A stretch of 64,000 bases of DNA from Desulfobacterales bacterium. GTDB taxonomy: Bacteria > Desulfobacterota > Desulfobacteria > Desulfobacterales > UBA5852. Shown here piece by piece: positions 40,351-50,338 of this stretch. The stretch lies in contig CAXXVS010000001.1 of the NCBI GenBank assembly GCA_963674755.2, forward strand, positions 1,056,001 to 1,120,000, in the 5' to 3' direction. The notes beneath the pieces are model-generated. The model had not been told where the DNA came from. It saw only the letters and a program-made list of their open reading frames with translations, and did no database searches. A program made the translations under genes and the position numbers. Position 1 is the first letter of the stretch, and the number at the start of each line of letters is the position of its first letter.

Positions 40351-42177
40351 ATGTCCCCATCGTTATTCAGCCGGACCCCAAACTTGGATCCCTATTCCCT
40401 CTCTGCCTGGATCAGCCGGGCCGGGAAATACTCATTTTACTTCATCATCATCGGGCTCATTGCCGGGTTGGGATCGGTTGTCTTCCACTATCTGTGCCTG
40501 ATAGGCGTTCACTGGCTCATGGATTTCCTGGCCGGCTACGTCCCCCCTTCGCCGGCCGGCGAACATCACCTCTGGCCGCCCACCGGAAAACCCCTCAACC
40601 GCTATATCCTCCTCTTCCTGCCGGCCCTGGGCGGGATTTTCAGCGGCTGGATCGTCTACACCTTCGCCCCGGAGGCCGAAGGGCACGGGACTGACGCCGC
40701 CATCGACGCCTACCATCGTCATGACGGCTTTATGCGGGGACGGGTGCCGTTCGTCAAGACCATCGCATCCGCCATCACCCTGTCCACCGGCGGATCCGGG
40801 GGGCGTGAAGGACCAATTGCCCAGATCGGAGCCGGCTTCGGATCCTTTCTGGCCACGCGCCTGAAACTCTCTGTTCGGGAACGCCGCATCATGATGGCGG
40901 CCGGGATCAGCGCCGGGGTCGGCAGTATTTTCCGGGCCCCCATGGCCGGCGCGCTCTTCGCGGCGGAAGTTCTCTACCGGGATCCGGAATTCGAATCGGA
41001 GGTGATCATTCCGGCCGGCATATCATCGGTGGTGGCCTATTGCGTGTTCTGCCTGTTCTTCGGCTGGGGTGCCCTTTTTGAAACCCCGCCGTTTACCTTC
41101 GAGAACCCGCTGGAGCTGGGCCCCTATCTGGTCCTGGCCCTGGTACTGGTGGCCACCGGGGCTTTCTACGTCAAGTCTTTCTATGGGATCACGGCCTTTT
41201 TCAAGAAGATCAAGGTCCCCAACCACATCAAGCCCGCCATCGGCGGGTTGTGTACGGGCCTGATCGGGTTCTACTTCCCCCAGTGCCTGGCGTTCGGGTA
41301 TGGTTTCGCCCAGCAGGCCCTGCACAATGAGGCTACGGTCCCCTTTTTGCTGGCCCTGGCCATCGGGAAGGTCCTGACCACCTCTTTTTCTATCGGCTCC
41401 GGCGGCAGCGGCGGGGTTTTCGGGCCTTCGGTCGTGATCGGCGGTGCCATGGGCGGGGTCGTGGGGCGGATTTTCCATGACATCATGCCCGGGGTGGTAA
41501 CCGAACCGGGGGCCTTCGTCGTGGTGGGCATGGCCGGCTTTTTCACGGCCGTTTCCAACACGCCCATCTCGACGATCATATTCGTCAGCGAAATGACGGA
41601 TTCCTATCAGCTGCTACTGCCCTGTCTGCTGGTGTGCTCGGTGGCGTATCTGGCGTCCAAGCGCTGGACCATCTACGACAAACAAGCCCTCAATCGCATC
41701 GATTCGCCGGCCCACGCCGGCGAGTTTTTCGTGGATATCCTGCAGACTTTCAAGGTGAAGGACCTGATGCCGCGCGTCCGCAAGGTCAACCTGATCCCCG
41801 AGGACATGCATTTTGTGGATTTCAAGCGCTACTTCGCCAAGACCAAGCAGCATTACTTTCCTGTCATGGACCAGAACGGGCGGTTGAACGGCATTTTTTC
41901 CAGCACGGATATCCGCGGTGTTCTGTTCTCCCCGGAAATCGAGGACCTGGTGGTGATGAAGGACATCGCTACCAGCGACATCATTTTGACCACCCCGGAA
42001 GAAGATCTCAACATCGTCCTGCAGAAGTTTACCCGGAAGAACATCGACAGCCTGCCGGTGGTGGAGACGACGGATCATGGCATCCTGGTGGGCATGCTGA
42101 CCCGCCGCGAGGTGATTTCCTTTTACAACGAGCGTATTCAGGAGATCAAAGACGGCCATGCGGCTTCCGCGGTATAG
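40351..42177 (+). CDS. ClC-family chloride channel/transporter with CBS pair
   Basis: GHGTD, GREGP and GVFGP motifs; C-terminal CBS domains; start uncertain (40294 or 40351). Confidence 0.92.
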   Translation: MSPSLFSRTPNLDPYSLSAWISRAGKYSFYFIIIGLIAGLGSVVFHYLCLIGVHWLMDFLAGYVPPSPAGEHHLWPPTGKPLNRYILLFLPALGGIFSGWIVYTFAPEAEGHGTDAAIDAYHRHDGFMRGRVPFVKTIASAITLSTGGSGGREGPIAQIGAGFGSFLATRLKLSVRERRIMMAAGISAGVGSIFRAPMAGALFAAEVLYRDPEFESEVIIPAGISSVVAYCVFCLFFGWGALFETPPFTFENPLELGPYLVLALVLVATGAFYVKSFYGITAFFKKIKVPNHIKPAIGGLCTGLIGFYFPQCLAFGYGFAQQALHNEATVPFLLALAIGKVLTTSFSIGSGGSGGVFGPSVVIGGAMGGVVGRIFHDIMPGVVTEPGAFVVVGMAGFFTAVSNTPISTIIFVSEMTDSYQLLLPCLLVCSVAYLASKRWTIYDKQALNRIDSPAHAGEFFVDILQTFKVKDLMPRVRKVNLIPEDMHFVDFKRYFAKTKQHYFPVMDQNGRLNGIFSSTDIRGVLFSPEIEDLVVMKDIATSDIILTTPEEDLNIVLQKFTRKNIDSLPVVETTDHGILVGMLTRREVISFYNERIQEIKDGHAASAV

Positions 42178-42389
42178 CCGGCTGTGGCGAAACGCCGCCT
42201 AAGAGCGAGATGCGGCCTGCAGCCTTTGCGAAACGGCCTACATTGGGGTTGCAGCGCTTTTCGCCTCGGCCGGTGCTTTGCCGTGCGGCCCAATTCTTGT
42301 TTACCCACAATCTGCTAGGGCCCAACCTTCCCGGCGTTTTTCCGCATCCTTTCTGGCGATGATCTCCACCCTGAACAGGGCCTCCCCGA

Positions 42390-43172
42390 CTAGGGGGCCG
42401 GCGCGTAGTGGACCTGCATCAGGAACAATCCCTGGGGAGGTGCCGCGGCCGGCGCCCGGCGGCGGTCGGCGGCCTGCAGCAGTTCCGGCAGAAAGGCGGC
42501 CGGCCGTTGACCCATGCCCACGGCCACCAGGGTCCCCACCATATTGCGCACCATGCCGCGCAGGAAGCCGTTGGCACGGATGTCGAATTCCAGGTGGTCG
42601 TCGGATTCCCGCCAGGCGGCTTCCATGACCTCGCGCACAGTGTGGGCGCGCGGGCTGCCGCTGCTTTCGAAGGATTTGAAGTCGTGCCGGCCCACCAGGT
42701 ATGTGGCTGCGATCTGCATGGCGGCCAGGTCGAGGGGGCGCTGGATGTGCCAGGCATAGCGGTGGCCCACGGCGCGGCGCACGGGTTGGTTTAAGATGCG
42801 ATAGCGGTAGCGTTTCCAGCGGCAGTCGAAGCGGGCGTGAAAGGTCAGGGGGACCCTCTGGCAGGTCCGCACGGCAATATCGGCCGGCAGCAGGCTGTTC
42901 AGTCCCTTGTGCAGTTCTTCAGGGGACAGCCGGGTGCGGCTCCGGAAATGGGCCGTCTGCCCCAGGGCGTGAACACCGGCATCGGTGCGGCCGGAGCCGT
43001 GCAGGGTGACGGGCGCCTGGGTCATACGCTGCAAAACGTCTTCCAGCAGGCCCTGGATGGTGGGCCGGTCGGGCTGGCGCTGCCAGCCGCAATAGGCCGT
43101 GCCGTCGTATTCCACGATCAGCTTGAAATTCTTTTCCGGCAGCGGTTTGGGGGGCGGCGGCATGGCAGACAT
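42390..43172 (-). CDS. truA: tRNA pseudouridine(38-40) synthase
   Basis: YDGT.Y.GWQ.Q, GRTDAGVHA.GQ, FHARF and FL..MVR motifs. Confidence 0.95.
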   Translation of the reverse strand: MSAMPPPPKPLPEKNFKLIVEYDGTAYCGWQRQPDRPTIQGLLEDVLQRMTQAPVTLHGSGRTDAGVHALGQTAHFRSRTRLSPEELHKGLNSLLPADIAVRTCQRVPLTFHARFDCRWKRYRYRILNQPVRRAVGHRYAWHIQRPLDLAAMQIAATYLVGRHDFKSFESSGSPRAHTVREVMEAAWRESDDHLEFDIRANGFLRGMVRNMVGTLVAVGMGQRPAAFLPELLQAADRRRAPAAAPPQGLFLMQVHYAPAP

Positions 43173-43176
43173 GGTC

Positions 43177-44091
43177 CTATCCAAAAACCGTCAGCACGAT
43201 CGTGAGCGAGATGAAGGACAGCATCGTGGACAGCACGATGGAGGCCGAGGCCAGGCGGGTGTCGCTTTTCAGCTGGGAGGAGAGCACGTAGATGGCCGGC
43301 GAAGTCGGCAGCGCAAAGAAGATCATGCCGATTTGCAGGTCCAGGCCTTGGACCCCGCTCCAGGTGAACAGCCACCAGCCGGTAAGGGGCAAAAGCACGA
43401 TCTTGAAGGCCGCGCCCGCCAGTGAGCGCGGCCAGTGTTCGCGCAGGCCGTTTAACGTCAGCGCGCCGCCGATGGACAACAGCGCCATGGGCAGGGTAAT
43501 CGCGGCCATCAACCCCAGGGCGTTGTTCACGAATGGCGGAAAATAGCCGACCCCCCGGGAATAGAGCAGCCCGACCAGGCAGGCGATGATCAGGGGGTTG
43601 GAGAGCATGGCGCGGACGGCCTGCCGGATGCGGGCCCGGCCGGCGGTGTGGCCTTCCGCAAACCAGGTCAGGGTCGAGACGGCCAGGACATTGATGATGG
43701 GGATGAGAATACTGATCAGAATCCCGAATTGCCGCACCCCCTCCTCGCCCAGGGCATTGATGATGATGGCCATGCCGATATAGGTGTTGAAGCGGTAGCA
43801 GCTTTGGGAAAAGGTGCCGGCCTGGAAGGCCGGCACCCGCCAGACGATATAGGCCAGGGAAACCAGGTAGACCAATACGACCGTCAGCACGGCCGCCAGG
43901 TAGAAATGGCCGTTGGCGTTAGGCGAGGGGGAGGATCCCCCGATTTTCCAAAACAGCAGGGCCGGAAAGAAGATGAAGTAGACCAGGCGGTCGGCCGTTC
44001 GCAGGAAATCGGTGGTGGTGAACTGCCAGTGCCTGAGCGCCATCCCCATGGCGATGAGGGTAAAAACCGGGAAAAGGCTGTTTAACACCAT
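43177..44091 (-). CDS. AEC (auxin efflux carrier) family transporter
   Basis: LVYFIFFPALLF, NTYIG, NPLI and P.ALLSIG motifs; about 10 TM helices. Confidence 0.88.
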   Translation of the reverse strand: MVLNSLFPVFTLIAMGMALRHWQFTTTDFLRTADRLVYFIFFPALLFWKIGGSSPSPNANGHFYLAAVLTVVLVYLVSLAYIVWRVPAFQAGTFSQSCYRFNTYIGMAIIINALGEEGVRQFGILISILIPIINVLAVSTLTWFAEGHTAGRARIRQAVRAMLSNPLIIACLVGLLYSRGVGYFPPFVNNALGLMAAITLPMALLSIGGALTLNGLREHWPRSLAGAAFKIVLLPLTGWWLFTWSGVQGLDLQIGMIFFALPTSPAIYVLSSQLKSDTRLASASIVLSTMLSFISLTIVLTVFG

Positions 44092-44097
44092 GGGATC

Positions 44098-44280
44098 TCA
44101 GATCCTGTCGCAGGGGATGTCGGCCAGGGCATCCTCAAGGGCGTCATCCATATCCTCGACCATCCCCTCGACGGGGTAATCCGCACCGCAGACCCGGCAG
44201 TGCAAGGTGACACGGCGTCAGGTGCGCTGGAGAACGAGGGGGTGTCCGCAACGGCGGCAAACCATCGGAGGCGGGTTCAT
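44098..44280 (-). CDS. dual-CXXC small selenoprotein (Sec at UGA 44220-44218)
   Basis: Manual translation: MNPPPMVCRRCGHPLVLQRT-U-RRVTLHCRVCGADYPVEGMVEDMDDALEDALADIPCDRI*. GGTGGA RBS; SECIS-like hairpin after the UGA; stop 6 bp before the AEC start. Confidence 0.85.
44181..44205 (-). promoter_or_regulatory. bacterial SECIS-like hairpin
   Basis: The mRNA sequence UUGCACUGC-CGGGUCU-GCGGUGCGG begins 12 nt after the UGA and contains GGUCUGC, as in the E. coli fdhF SECIS apex. Confidence 0.8.
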
Positions 44281-44469
44281 ATCCATTCCACCATTGATAC
44301 GCAGGGGTTTCGAGTTGACGGCAAGGTGTAAGCCGGACACCGGGTGTTGTCAAGAAAAGAGTCGCCGGGCGTTGACAAAGAAACGGGTTTCCTGCATGGA
44401 GCTTTTGACCGGGAGGCCTGCATGGCTTGTCCCGGAATCGACATCGACCTTCGCGAAAGGATAGCGTAT

Positions 44470-45654
44470 ATGACGGCATTTGCCTGCAACGGGTTGCAAG
44501 CGGCCGGAGTTGCTGCGGGTTTGAAAAAAAACGGCCGGCCCGATCTGGGGCTGCTCTATTCCACCACACCGGCCACGGCGGCCGCCGTGTTTACGCGCAA
44601 TGTGGTCCAGGCGGCGCCGGTGCTGCTCGACCGGCAGCGCATCCGTTCCGGCCGCTGTCGGGCCATCGTGGCCAACAGCGGCAATGCCAATTGCTGCACC
44701 GGCGAGGAGGGCCTGCGCCATGCCGCGGCTGTCTGTGCCGCCGTGGCCCGGGCCCTGGATATCCCGGAAGAAGAAGTGCTGGCGGCGTCCACCGGGGTGA
44801 TCGGCAATCCCCTGCCCGTCGACCGCGTGATCGGGGCGGTGCCGGGCTTGGTGGCCGAGCTCCATGAAGACGGCATCCCAAAACTGGCCTCCGCCATCAT
44901 GACCACCGACACGGAACCCAAATACCTTCACCGCCAGGGGCGCATCGGCGAGCGGACCTATAACATCGTGGCCGTGGCCAAGGGGGCCGGCATGATCCGT
45001 CCGGACATGGCCACCATGCTCTGTTTTGCCGGCACCGATGCGGCCGTGGATGCCCCGCGTCTGGATGCCATGCTGCGCCGGGCCGTGGAGCAGTCTTTCA
45101 ACCGCATCACCATCGACGGGGATACCAGCACCAACGACACGGTGATTCTCCTGGCCAACGGGGCCAGCGCTGCCGTGGTGGAGGACGAAGCCGACCAGGC
45201 CCGGTTTCAGGCCCTGCTGGACGAGATCTTTCTGGAGCTGGCCAAATGGCTGGTGCGCGACGGCGAAGGCGTCAACAAACTGGTGGAGGTGCGGGTACAG
45301 GGGGCGCCCTCCGATGCCGCCGCCCGGCGCGTGGCGGATACCATTGCCCACTCCCCTTTGGTCAAGACCGCCCTTTTCGGCGAAGATGCCAACTGGGGAC
45401 GGATTCTGGGGGCGGCCGGCCGGGCCGGCGTGACCTTCGACCCGGGACAGGTAGCCCTCTATTTCGACCAGGTCCGGATGGTGGCGAACGGGGTCGGCTG
45501 TGGGGCCGAGGCCGAAGCGGCCGCCACGGCGGTGCTGAAGCAGCCCGAACTGCAGATCACCTTGGATCTCAACTGCGGGGAGGGAAAGGCCAGTGTGTTG
45601 ACGTGCGATTTTTCGATCGAGTACGTAAAGATCAACGCCGACTACCGCAGCTGA
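44470..45654 (+). CDS. argJ: bifunctional glutamate N-acetyltransferase/ornithine acetyltransferase
   Basis: NSGNAN, STGVIG, AIMTTDT, KGAGMI.P.MATML, DGDTSTND, DGEG and DANWGR motifs. Confidence 0.96.
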   Translation: MTAFACNGLQAAGVAAGLKKNGRPDLGLLYSTTPATAAAVFTRNVVQAAPVLLDRQRIRSGRCRAIVANSGNANCCTGEEGLRHAAAVCAAVARALDIPEEEVLAASTGVIGNPLPVDRVIGAVPGLVAELHEDGIPKLASAIMTTDTEPKYLHRQGRIGERTYNIVAVAKGAGMIRPDMATMLCFAGTDAAVDAPRLDAMLRRAVEQSFNRITIDGDTSTNDTVILLANGASAAVVEDEADQARFQALLDEIFLELAKWLVRDGEGVNKLVEVRVQGAPSDAAARRVADTIAHSPLVKTALFGEDANWGRILGAAGRAGVTFDPGQVALYFDQVRMVANGVGCGAEAEAAATAVLKQPELQITLDLNCGEGKASVLTCDFSIEYVKINADYRS

Positions 45655-45796
45655 TCGCCTGCCATAAGGGGCATCTTTTGCCCCCGGCCGGCGTTCTCGG
45701 GATTTTGCAATCCTCGACGTAGCGCTGCTACGTCTGCGGTTTCAAAATCCCTGCGGCCTTGGCCAGAGGCAAAATCTACCCCTTATGGCAGGCGAT
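45654..45796. repeat. intergenic palindromic element, family A copy 3
   Basis: Perfect 18-bp terminal inverted repeat ATCGCCTGCCATAAGGGG / CCCCTTATGGCAGGCGAT; CGTAGC-gct-GCTACG core; begins at the argJ stop. Confidence 0.88.
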
Positions 45797-45831
45797 TGAA
45801 GTAAACATCATGCCCTATCATAGTATATAAA

Positions 45832-46563
45832 ATGACAGACGTAAGACTGCAGAAATGGCTGGCGTCGGTGGGGGTTTGCTCCCGGCGGCGGGGGGAGGCG
45901 CTGATCCTGGAAGGCCGGGTGGCGGTCAACGGGACGGTGGTCACCCAACTGGGGGTCAAGATCGATCCGGATGTGGACCGGGTGGCGGTGGACGGCGTAG
46001 CCGTGGCGGCCGCCGAGGACCCTCTGGTCTATATCATCCTTAACAAGCCCCGGGGTGTGGTGACCTCCTGCGAACAGGAGGGGGTGCCGGTGGTGGTGGA
46101 CCTGGTGGACTGCGCGACCCGGATCTATCCGGTGGGCCGCCTGGACAAGGATTCCACCGGACTGGTACTGCTCACCAACGACGGGCGTCTGCACCACGGC
46201 CTGCTGCACCCCTCTTTCGATCATGAAAAGGAATACGAGGTGACGGTGGCCCGGCCGATTCCCGACGGCGCCCTGCAGCACATGGCCGAGGGGATGCCCC
46301 TGATGGGCACCCGCACCCGCCCGGCCCGGGTGCGCCGGACCTCGGGCCGGCATTTCCGGATCACCCTCCAGGAGGGTAAGAATCGCCAGATCCGCCGGAT
46401 GGTGCGCAAGGTGGGCAACCATGTGGTAAGGCTCAAGCGTATCCGCATGGCCTCCCTTCGCCTAGGCAACCTCAAGGAGGGCCAATGGCGTCACCTCACC
46501 GCCAAAGAAGTCACAGCGCTTCTCGACACCCTGCCCAGTGACGTTTTATCCAAGGGGATCTAA
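45832..46563 (+). CDS. rRNA pseudouridine synthase (RsuA/RluB family)
   Basis: S4 domain RLQK.LA..G.CSRR; GRLDKDSTGL.LLTNDG; EGKNRQIRRM. Confidence 0.93.
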   Translation: MTDVRLQKWLASVGVCSRRRGEALILEGRVAVNGTVVTQLGVKIDPDVDRVAVDGVAVAAAEDPLVYIILNKPRGVVTSCEQEGVPVVVDLVDCATRIYPVGRLDKDSTGLVLLTNDGRLHHGLLHPSFDHEKEYEVTVARPIPDGALQHMAEGMPLMGTRTRPARVRRTSGRHFRITLQEGKNRQIRRMVRKVGNHVVRLKRIRMASLRLGNLKEGQWRHLTAKEVTALLDTLPSDVLSKGI

Positions 46564-46642
46564 CGGGCGAATCCCCCCCTGCCCGGCGGCATTTCCTCCA
46601 AAAATACCTGTGCGATGCATTTTCCGAAAACATGCCTGGGAA

Positions 46643-46763
46643 GGCTGCGGGAAACGGTCAAGATCAAGGCGTGCGAATACCGGGGAACGCGGCGTACATT
46701 TGTACGCCGCAGTGACCTGGTATGAAGCACAACGCCGATATTGGGCGTTTCACGAAGCCGTCA
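46643..46763. repeat. intergenic palindromic element, related family B
   Basis: GGCTGCGGGAAACG / CGTTTCACGAAGCC ends; perfect core GCGGCGTACA-TT-TGTACGCCGC; abuts the dctM TGA. Only one copy in the window, but its layout resembles family A. Confidence 0.65.
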
Positions 46764-48062
46764 GTGCATCATGTTGGGTAGCCAAAGCGCAATTTCGGGG
46801 AACGGCAGCATGAGCAGGGTGGCCACGATCAAGGCGATCAAAAGCGGCACGACCCCCTTGAAGATGACGTGCAGGGGGATGTCCCGGGCCACCCCGCTGA
46901 CCACATAGACATTGACCCCCACCGGCGGGGTGATCACCCCGATCTGGGTCACCAGGACAATGACGACCCCGAACCAGATGGGGTTGTAACCCAGGGAAAT
47001 GACAACCGGATAGAAGATCGGCACGGTCAGCATGATCAGCGCCAGGGAATCGATGACGCAGCCCCCCACCAGGTAGACCAGGATAATCAGGGCCATGATG
47101 GCGTACGCCGGCAGGTTGAAACCGGCCACCCATTCGGCGATGTCGAAAGGGATGCGGGTGATGGCCAGGAAATGGCCGAAAATCGTGGCCCCGGCCACGA
47201 TGACCAGGATCATGCAGGAAATGCGGGTGGTTTCGAAGAGGGACTGGATAAAGCCTTTCCAGCTGATGTTGCGGCGGAAGACGGCGATCAGGAGCGATCC
47301 CATGGCCCCCACGGCCCCGGCCTCGGTGGGGGTGAAAAATCCCAGGAAAAGGCCTCCCATGACCAGCAGGAACAGCAGCAGGGTTTCGATCAGACCCGAA
47401 AGGGAGGCCAGGCGGGCCCGGAAATCCGCCCGCGGGCCGCGCGGCGCCACCTCGGGGGACAGGTACGCCCAGAGGACCACGGTCAGCATGAACAGGCCGG
47501 CCAGCAGGATGCCGGGCAGGATGCCGGCCATGAAGAGTTTGCCGATGGACTGCTCGGTCATGATGCCGTAGATGATGAAGACCACGCTGGGGGGCACCAA
47601 AATCCCCAGGCTGCCCCCGGCCGCCACCACGCCGGCCGCCAGGGTGTCTTTATAGTGGTATTTGCGCATTTCGGGCAGGGTCACGGCGGCCATGGTGGCG
47701 GCCGTGGCGTTGGTGGAGCCGCAAATGGCCGAGAAGCCGGCGCAGGCGCCGATGGTGGCGATGGCCATGCCCCCCGGCCAGTGGCCGATGAATTTGTAGG
47801 CCACCTCGAACAGACGGCTGCTGATCCCGGCATGGAAGGAGATCTGCCCCATCAGGATGAAAAGGGGAATCACCGTGAGATTGTAGGAGCCGAAGACATC
47901 GAAGATATCCTTGGCGATCAGGCTCAGGGCAGCATCGGTGTTGACGATGGTGCCGAAGCCGACGAAGCCGATCAGGGCCATGACAAAGCCTACCGGCATG
48001 CGGGAGAAGATCAGGGTGAAGAGCGCGAACAGACCGATAATGCCGATAACCGTCGGGGTCAT
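46761..48062 (-). CDS. dctM: TRAP transporter large permease
   Basis: IPLFILMG, GILVPPS, FTPTEA and ITPPVG motifs. Confidence 0.93.
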   Translation of the reverse strand: MTPTVIGIIGLFALFTLIFSRMPVGFVMALIGFVGFGTIVNTDAALSLIAKDIFDVFGSYNLTVIPLFILMGQISFHAGISSRLFEVAYKFIGHWPGGMAIATIGACAGFSAICGSTNATAATMAAVTLPEMRKYHYKDTLAAGVVAAGGSLGILVPPSVVFIIYGIMTEQSIGKLFMAGILPGILLAGLFMLTVVLWAYLSPEVAPRGPRADFRARLASLSGLIETLLLFLLVMGGLFLGFFTPTEAGAVGAMGSLLIAVFRRNISWKGFIQSLFETTRISCMILVIVAGATIFGHFLAITRIPFDIAEWVAGFNLPAYAIMALIILVYLVGGCVIDSLALIMLTVPIFYPVVISLGYNPIWFGVVIVLVTQIGVITPPVGVNVYVVSGVARDIPLHVIFKGVVPLLIALIVATLLMLPFPEIALWLPNMMH

Positions 48063-48074
48063 GCTACCATCCTT

Positions 48075-48563
48075 TCATTGCCCCAGGGCGACGGCCAGGT
48101 CCTTGAGAAACCGGACCGCCAGCACCAGGGTCAGCAGGCCGCAGCCGGCTGCAAGGCCATAGACAAAAGGATAGATCGGCATTTGCAGGGTCATGGAAAC
48201 TTCCCCGAAGGTTTTCAGGTCGCCGGCGTAGATCACGCACTGGCGCGCCACCAATCCAAAAAAGACCGCGCATATCAAGGCGTTGACCCCGTCCACGAGG
48301 GACTGCACCCGGCCGGGGAACTTCTGCACCAGAAAATCCACGGCGATATGGCCCCGGTTGATAGAGGTGTAGCCCAGGGAGAAGGCCGCGAACACGGCGC
48401 CCAGAAATCCCACCATTTCATAAGTGCCGGGGATCGGATGCCGGAATAGCCGCAAGATGACGTCCATGCAGGTCAGCACCATCATGCCCGCCACAGCGGC
48501 CGCCGATACCCAGTTGAAGGCTTCGGCGGCTTTGGCTGTCCATTGTTCGATGCGTAAAATCAA
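48075..48563 (-). CDS. dctQ: TRAP transporter small permease
   Basis: Four TM helices; DV.LR....PI.G..E and HIAVD motifs; TTG start with AGGAG RBS. Confidence 0.9.
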   Translation of the reverse strand: MILRIEQWTAKAAEAFNWVSAAAVAGMMVLTCMDVILRLFRHPIPGTYEMVGFLGAVFAAFSLGYTSINRGHIAVDFLVQKFPGRVQSLVDGVNALICAVFFGLVARQCVIYAGDLKTFGEVSMTLQMPIYPFVYGLAAGCGLLTLVLAVRFLKDLAVALGQ

Positions 48564-48573
48564 GCGATCTCCT

Positions 48574-48701
48574 TATGTTTCCGTTCAGGGGTGGTATCTT
48601 TTGGCTTCGGCTCCGCCGTCGGTGGGGAAACCCCTGGCGGACAAGGCAGCGTTCTCGGTCATTGGCCGGAACCAAAATCGGCCACCTCTGAACGGACACT
48701 A
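48574..48701. repeat. intergenic palindromic element, family A copy 4 (core deleted)
   Basis: TCCGTTCAGGGGTGG / CCACCTCTGAACGGA ends; ATCTTTTGGC, GGCGGACAAG, GCGTTCTC and GGAACCAAAATC segments shared with other copies. Confidence 0.75.
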
Positions 48702-48778
48702 AATATGGTCAGGCCGTCGCCGGTGGTCGTCAGCCCTGGTTGCTGCGGGGCACCGGTTTTCACGCGGCCTGACATGCC

Positions 48779-48815
48779 GAACCGGGTGATGCCGTGCCGC
48801 GGCATCACCCGGTTC
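48779..48815. other. perfect 16-bp stem-loop just downstream of dctP (probable mRNA stabiliser/attenuator)
   Basis: GAACCGGGTGATGCCG-TGCCG-CGGCATCACCCGGTTC, with no T tail. Confidence 0.7.
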
Positions 48816-48830
48816 CGTGAAGCTTTGGTT

Positions 48831-49841
48831 CTAATTACCCGACGTGATCAGTTCCTTCAACGTACTGATATAGGCCTTCCCGTCCAGCCCCTTGGCGCTG
48901 ACCGTGGCGGCATAGTCGTCCATGATGGGTTGCACGGCCTGCTCCCAGCGGGCTGTTTCGGCAGCCGAGAGCTCCAGGATCTGGTTGCCCAGGCTTAAGG
49001 TGTATTCGCGGCCGGCGGCATCGTCCTTGTCCCATTGTTCGCCGTGTACGTCAATCCATTCCCGGCTCACCTCTTCGAATATCTTTTGGACATCCGCCGG
49101 CAGCTTGGCCCATTTGCCGCGGTTCATTACCACATACATGGCCGTGGTGTAGCCGATGGCGCGGCAATCGGTGGTATCTTTGATGACTTCGGCCTGTTTC
49201 CAGCCCTTGAGGGTTTCCATGGGCGCGAAGGTGCCCTCCACGACGCCCTTCTGCAGGGCTTCGTAGGCGGCATTCTGGGGCATGGCCACCGGCACGCCGC
49301 CCAGGGCTTCCACGATGCGGGCGCTCAGTCCGGTGGAGCGGATCTTGAGGCCTTTCATATCTTCCATGGAGCGGACGGGCTTTTGGGTGTGCAGCAGGCC
49401 GGGCCCATGGCCGTGCAGGTAGAGCACTTTGACATCGTTCAACTCGGCGGGCCTGAATTTCTGATAATAGGCGTTGGCGGCGCGGGTGGCCACTTTGCCG
49501 CTGGGGTAGCCCAGGGGCAGGTCGAGGGCTTCCATGACCGGGAAACGTCCCCGGGTGTAGGCAAACACCGACATGCCGATGTCGGAGATGCCGTTGACCA
49601 CGCCGTCATAGCACTGCTGGGGTTTGGTCAGGGTGCCGGTGGGAAAGATTTGAATGGCGACCTGGCCGTTGGTGCGTTTCTCGATTTCCTTGGCCCAGCT
49701 CATGGCGGCCTTGCACTGGCCGTGGGAGGGGGGGAAGAAGATGCTGTAGGTCAGATTGGTGGTCTGGGCGGCGGCCGGCCCGGTCAGGACCATACCGACG
49801 ACGATGGCCAGAATCGTGAGAGATGCGAATTGTTTTTTCAT
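48831..49841 (-). CDS. dctP: TRAP transporter substrate-binding protein
   Basis: Signal peptide; D.KGLKIR and [11 protein letters not shown] motifs; AAGGAG RBS. Confidence 0.93.
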   Translation of the reverse strand: MKKQFASLTILAIVVGMVLTGPAAAQTTNLTYSIFFPPSHGQCKAAMSWAKEIEKRTNGQVAIQIFPTGTLTKPQQCYDGVVNGISDIGMSVFAYTRGRFPVMEALDLPLGYPSGKVATRAANAYYQKFRPAELNDVKVLYLHGHGPGLLHTQKPVRSMEDMKGLKIRSTGLSARIVEALGGVPVAMPQNAAYEALQKGVVEGTFAPMETLKGWKQAEVIKDTTDCRAIGYTTAMYVVMNRGKWAKLPADVQKIFEEVSREWIDVHGEQWDKDDAAGREYTLSLGNQILELSAAETARWEQAVQPIMDDYAATVSAKGLDGKAYISTLKELITSGN

Positions 49842-50338
49842 GACGTCTCCTTGCTGTCATCCTGCGGGGTGAATCAGATGCCGGGCAGCCATGCGCGCCG
49901 CAGGCGAAGCGTTGCGGCGCTGACGCGGCAACCTGAATGAACGCGTTAAATGCAAGTTTTAATGAATGACGGTAACGGTGTTCGGCCGGCAGGGCCGTAC
50001 TTCGGGGTCGGTGTCGGGCCTGCCTGCCCGTCGCGGGACGAGCAGCAGGCCTTCAATAGGTATAATCGTAGGTGTGGTGGCGGATATGTTGTAAAATTCG
50101 CGGCAGCATTGAACCCATCCTTGCGTGATGGGCGATTCTGATCAATGGGGGCGTTCTTGTCAAGCCTTTTCTACGCGCCCAGGGAGAGGGCCGGGGCTGG
50201 TGGACGTGAGGCCAAGTCTTCCTTGACTTAGCGGCCGGTTGCGATAGAAATGGGATGCTGTCAGGCCGATGGCCGGCCCTGACCGCTGCCGTTGTTCCAG
50301 TTTATCATCTGTGTACACATACGGATTGGGGAACGATC

